From sequence record SRR31156797_6322: DNA of 46,230 bases, one strand, 5' to 3'. Shown piece by piece: positions 42,399-46,230 of this stretch. Under the pieces are notes generated by a model. That model saw only the letters and a list, made by a program, of their open reading frames with translations, ran no database searches and was not told the DNA's origin. The translations under genes and the position numbers were made by a program. Every line of letters begins with the position of its first letter. Within the stretch, counting starts at the first letter, position 1.

Positions 42399-45158
42399 CT
42401 AGGCTTTACCAATAAAGATTCCACTTTTCTTGGCTACTTTGTTTAAGCGATATTTCAATGTTAGCATGAAAAAGCGGCCTACCGTATTAGATTGGGTTTG
42501 TTGAATATAGTTATAAGACGATGAGCGTTCAACTCCCTTATTTTTATCCAGCAAATCAAAGCATCGCAACGTAATAGTAGCTCTGTTGTGTTTCAAAAAA
42601 TGATGCTGAATGCCTATTTCAATAATAGGTACAAAAATCTCATCATCGAAACCTGATGCCCGATAATTTGTTACGTCAGAGACAAAACTAAAATGCCATC
42701 TTTCTGTTGGTGAATAGCTAAAATCAAAGAATCCGGCATACTCCAAATATTCCTGATTTAAATCTTCTTGTACAGAATAACCTACATCAGTGTGTTCAAT
42801 TTTACCACCAATACGAATATCAAATATGTCTTTTTTCCGGTTCTCAAAACTTAACTTTCCAAAGTGACTAACTTGTGTATTTATATTCTTATGATCGTTC
42901 ACGTAGCTAATTCCTTCATTAAATGAATTTTTATAATTAGTTGAAACCTTAATTTTCAGAGGTTTAATGTGAGTTGAAAAATCGACCTGACTCCTTAACA
43001 TGTAGTCCTCAGGAACATTAATTAAAGAAATAACTTGAGACAAATCATCCATAATTTGAATATCACGATTGATCTTGTTTTTAGTATATGTCCCACTTAA
43101 CCTAACAAATAATGACGTAAACGTAAACTGGTCAAAAAGCATCCATGAGGCATGCATTGATTGATTGATTTCAGGCTCAAGGTAACGATTCCCGAAATAT
43201 AAAAACAAAGGATTGGTATTACTTATAATTGGTTGTAATTCATATGATGATGGCTGTCGCAAGCGGGAATCAAAACTTACCGCAATTCTGTGCCCGGTTC
43301 TGTATTCATATTCCCAGCGGGCAAAAGGTAGTATTTCATTTACTTGCTGTTGTATAGAAACTGTATCAATTGGTTTGTTACTATTCTCTCCTATTTCCCA
43401 ATAAGCTCCGGCAAAAAGTCTTTGGTTCCCAATGTGTTTTTTCAATTCCAGGCGCGGTTTAATATATTGATAGTTTACATCAAATCTTTCAGGTATGCTG
43501 GCATCCTGAATATCGATATCGGAAAAAATCTGGGTTCTTTCGCGCATCTCATTTTTTATTCCTGAGAAAACAGCCGACTCCATATAAAACTTTTTACCTA
43601 GCCGTGTCACAATTTTCAAATATGCACTGGATTTAAAAACACTATTGTCATTTTGTTGAAAGGGTAATTGCGTCAATGTATCGAGATCGCCATCGTAATG
43701 TGTGGAAATTTGCTCATCTATCTCGCGCAATGACTGATTGACACCCAAATCAGCTCCAATTTTAAACAGTTTTACGGGTCCTTTCAATTTACGCAACCAA
43801 CTACCCCTTGCAGATATGTCAATTTTTTCTGAAAGGCTTTTGCTTCTTTGATCAAGCATACTTACATATTGGTTATTCTGTGTGCTTAGATAATTCTCAT
43901 AAGCATTATTTCGGGCATTATAAATAGATGCTACGCCATTGAGCATAAAATACTGCTTTTTACTGGAGCGGTTTCGCCAGCCAAAATTGATAAGGTGATT
44001 CAAATCTGTTTTTTTATTTCTCAGCATACCAGCTTGTTCGAACATATCTTCAAGCGTATAATTTCGCGTATTATAATCTTGATTTAAATCCCGAATACTA
44101 CCATTTCCCATGTAACTGATATTAAATCTATTTTCTCGTTTAAGTTCATAGGAATAGTTCACGCCGCCAGCACCAGTTGTTAAATCACCCTGTATAGATT
44201 GTCCAAAATCAATAGGAATTGGTCCGTCAGAATCAAAAGTCAATTCAATATTTCCATCCCCACTCATCAAGCTACTCAAACCGCCATTGAAATCCATATA
44301 ATCCTGCAATGAAAATCCGGGCTTGCTAATATTGTTGCTCATAGCCAAAGCCGCAAACTGATGCTTATCAGTAAAACGATAAAGCTTCGTATTTCCAAGA
44401 AAGTATTTATCATATCCGCCACCACCTTCCACATGACCAAAAATCATGTTTTTCATTCCATCTTTAAGCTTCAGGTTAATAGTTTTTTGATAGTCGCTAT
44501 CATCAATTCCAAGCATCTCTGACTCATCACTTTTATCATTATATACCTGTACCTTATCCACACTTTCAGCCGGAAGGTTTTTGGTGGCTACTTTGGGGTC
44601 GTTACTGAAAAATTCTTTTCCATCAACCAAAACTTTATTTACTTTCTCTCCCATTGCTTTAATGTTTCCAGCACGGTCCACCTCCACACCCGGAAGCTGC
44701 TTTAAAATATCTTCAGCAACCGAACCTGGCTTTGTTTTAAAAGCATCGGTATTGTATTCAAGTGTGTCACGTTTTACTAGAATTGGAACCAGATCATCAG
44801 TAACTGCAACCTCACCAAGAACCTGAGCTTGTTGTTCGATTAAATATTTCCGGTTTTGCTTCTCTTTTGGAATAGGTAAACTAACATTCTCATAATGAGT
44901 TTTATATCCCATAAATGCAATCTGCAATAGATATTCTCCGGTTTTTGCATTTGCCATTTTAAAACCACCCTGATTGTCAGTAATCGTGAAATAAGCAAAT
45001 GAGGAATCTGCAGGGTTTAACAGTGTAACTGTAGCATATGGCATTGGTTCGTTTTGAGTATTGTAAACTACTCCCCCAATTCCTGATTTTTGTGCCTGGG
45101 TTAATAACGGTGCAATAAGAAATAGAAAAATTATACAGGTATTTTTAATCATGGTCAT
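42399..45158 (-). CDS. Outer-membrane beta-barrel / TonB-receptor-like protein with N-terminal CarboxypepD_reg-like domain
   Basis: Signal peptide; PMPYATVTL..TDNQGGF..FMGY; KRDTLEYN..EDILKQLPGVEVD..VLVDGKEFF..KNLPA; C-terminal GRFFMLTLKYRL. Confidence 0.85.
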   Translation of the reverse strand: MTMIKNTCIIFLFLIAPLLTQAQKSGIGGVVYNTQNEPMPYATVTLLNPADSSFAYFTITDNQGGFKMANAKTGEYLLQIAFMGYKTHYENVSLPIPKEKQNRKYLIEQQAQVLGEVAVTDDLVPILVKRDTLEYNTDAFKTKPGSVAEDILKQLPGVEVDRAGNIKAMGEKVNKVLVDGKEFFSNDPKVATKNLPAESVDKVQVYNDKSDESEMLGIDDSDYQKTINLKLKDGMKNMIFGHVEGGGGYDKYFLGNTKLYRFTDKHQFAALAMSNNISKPGFSLQDYMDFNGGLSSLMSGDGNIELTFDSDGPIPIDFGQSIQGDLTTGAGGVNYSYELKRENRFNISYMGNGSIRDLNQDYNTRNYTLEDMFEQAGMLRNKKTDLNHLINFGWRNRSSKKQYFMLNGVASIYNARNNAYENYLSTQNNQYVSMLDQRSKSLSEKIDISARGSWLRKLKGPVKLFKIGADLGVNQSLREIDEQISTHYDGDLDTLTQLPFQQNDNSVFKSSAYLKIVTRLGKKFYMESAVFSGIKNEMRERTQIFSDIDIQDASIPERFDVNYQYIKPRLELKKHIGNQRLFAGAYWEIGENSNKPIDTVSIQQQVNEILPFARWEYEYRTGHRIAVSFDSRLRQPSSYELQPIISNTNPLFLYFGNRYLEPEINQSMHASWMLFDQFTFTSLFVRLSGTYTKNKINRDIQIMDDLSQVISLINVPEDYMLRSQVDFSTHIKPLKIKVSTNYKNSFNEGISYVNDHKNINTQVSHFGKLSFENRKKDIFDIRIGGKIEHTDVGYSVQEDLNQEYLEYAGFFDFSYSPTERWHFSFVSDVTNYRASGFDDEIFVPIIEIGIQHHFLKHNRATITLRCFDLLDKNKGVERSSSYNYIQQTQSNTVGRFFMLTLKYRLNKVAKKSGIFIGKA

Positions 45159-45186
45159 AGTCTTTATTGGTATTTTATAGAGAGGC

Positions 45187-45966
45187 TTAATCTTCCACTT
45201 TTATTATCATCATCTGACCTCCAGTAGCTTCCTCCATCTCTTTCATTTTCTCAGCACGAATTTTAGCAAACTCTATATTGGAAACTTTTTTTCCTTTTTT
45301 CGGTTTCTTAATGTCTTTTGGATTTACATTACCCATTTCAATTTGAGTAGCTTCAATAACTAAATCTTTTGCTTCTGTTTCTAAAGCCAGGATTAACCCT
45401 GGTAGGCCAGTATAGGTTTCAGGTCCGGTCGATATAGAAATTTCAGGAGTAAACCAAGCTGTTATTCCTTCATCAGATCCAACGAGTTTTGCTTCAATAC
45501 ATTTATGATCTAATATTTCTCTTTGGCTTCCTGTAATTTGCCATTTTGTAGTATCTGTTGGGGTGGTAATTAAAAACCTTCTCGACATAAACTCCGTTTC
45601 TTCAACTATCTCCATTTTATCATAATCAAAGTAAATGAAACTCTCTGGATCTTTAATTTGAATATTTATCTCATTTCCACCACCTAAATCCTGCGATACA
45701 TTAATATCATTATCTTCATTTTTTGCATTTTGAAAAAGAGAAGCCTCTGAACTAAATAATAGCTCATGGTTTGATTTTCTCTCGGAAGGCATCATGTTTT
45801 GCATTTCCTCAGGCATATCTTCCATACCTTTAAGTTCAAATTTTACACGCTTTTGATATTTTACTGTCCCAGTTAAAATATCCTGAGCCAAAGTATTAAT
45901 TCCTGTCATTGACAGTATTAGCAGTATTAACCCTGCAAAACCAATTTTTTTAATTGTGTGTGTCAT
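45187..45966 (-). CDS. GLPGLI family protein
   Basis: Signal peptide; WQIT..ILDHKCIEA..AWFTPEI..GPETYTGLPGLILAL. Confidence 0.92.
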   Translation of the reverse strand: MTHTIKKIGFAGLILLILSMTGINTLAQDILTGTVKYQKRVKFELKGMEDMPEEMQNMMPSERKSNHELLFSSEASLFQNAKNEDNDINVSQDLGGGNEINIQIKDPESFIYFDYDKMEIVEETEFMSRRFLITTPTDTTKWQITGSQREILDHKCIEAKLVGSDEGITAWFTPEISISTGPETYTGLPGLILALETEAKDLVIEATQIEMGNVNPKDIKKPKKGKKVSNIEFAKIRAEKMKEMEEATGGQMMIIKVED

Positions 45967-45995
45967 CGTTTTGTGTTTTTAAAAATAATTTAGAA

Positions 45996-46061
45996 CAAAG
46001 GTAGATTGACAAAAAGCTGCTTTGGGTTAAGGAATGGCCAATTAAGGTTAATTAACGTTAA
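45996..46061 (-). promoter_or_regulatory. Promoter of the GLPGLI-barrel operon: -7 box plus phased TTAAC repeats
   Basis: TACCTTTG (46003-45996); GTTAA on the + strand at 46026, 46047 and 46057 (spacings 21 and 10 bp). Confidence 0.45.
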
Positions 46062-46230
46062 TGAATTGCGATAGCCTTTATCTAATTCTATATCTTTACA
46101 TTGGATTTAATTAGTCTCTGCAAGAAAACTCCATTTTTTTTGTTATTCTTGCATTTTAATCAGTCAATTACAATAGTAAACTCCTGATTTTCAATGCCTC
46201 GAATGCCTCAAAAATGAAGCTTTCTTTATC

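Noticed and set aside
227-44826. Numerous 60-134-aa ORFs antisense or out of frame within larger genes (e.g. 7069..7473, 8528..8857, 30133..30432, 32360..32647)
   Set aside because: Shadow ORFs of well-supported genes, with no motifs or independent expression signals.

Overview
AT-rich chromosomal window from a Bacteroidota bacterium, probably Bacteroidales. The assignment is inferred from TAnnTTTG -7 promoter boxes, T9SS C-terminal domains, a fused lpxC/fabZ, a GLPGLI protein and a DUF3109 protein. Most of the window is housekeeping and envelope genes: two purine-nucleoside phosphorylases, gpmI, an M20 dipeptidase, a DAHP synthase-chorismate mutase fusion, purS, pssA, a PorV-like barrel, mltF, lpxC/fabZ-lpxA, a DUF2723 GT-C protein, and GLPGLI plus a barrel. 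Small accessory units are interleaved. No rRNA, tRNA, CRISPR array or transposase was found. The most unusual structure is a ~580-bp cassette (16200-16779) holding a GxxExxY PD-(D/E)XK nuclease gene. It carries three copies of a ~39-bp repeat built from CGCAAAG/CGCAGAG subunits: two flank the gene as direct repeats and the third is inverted, giving terminal inverted repeats and a 113-bp hairpin. This looks like a REP/REPIN-like mobile system with a nuclease in place of a transposase. Other notable items are a tandem pair of MenA/UbiA prenyltransferases in which one has lost both Asp-rich motifs, a single-chain double UvrA2-like ATPase with graded active-site decay, a flavinylated membrane Fe-S protein coupled to a membrane-anchored flavin reductase-nitroreductase fusion, a YfiR plus TonB-receptor pair, hicAB with its likely operator, and tandem T9SS-secreted M28 peptidases. 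All family assignments come from motif recognition by eye; no database searches were run.
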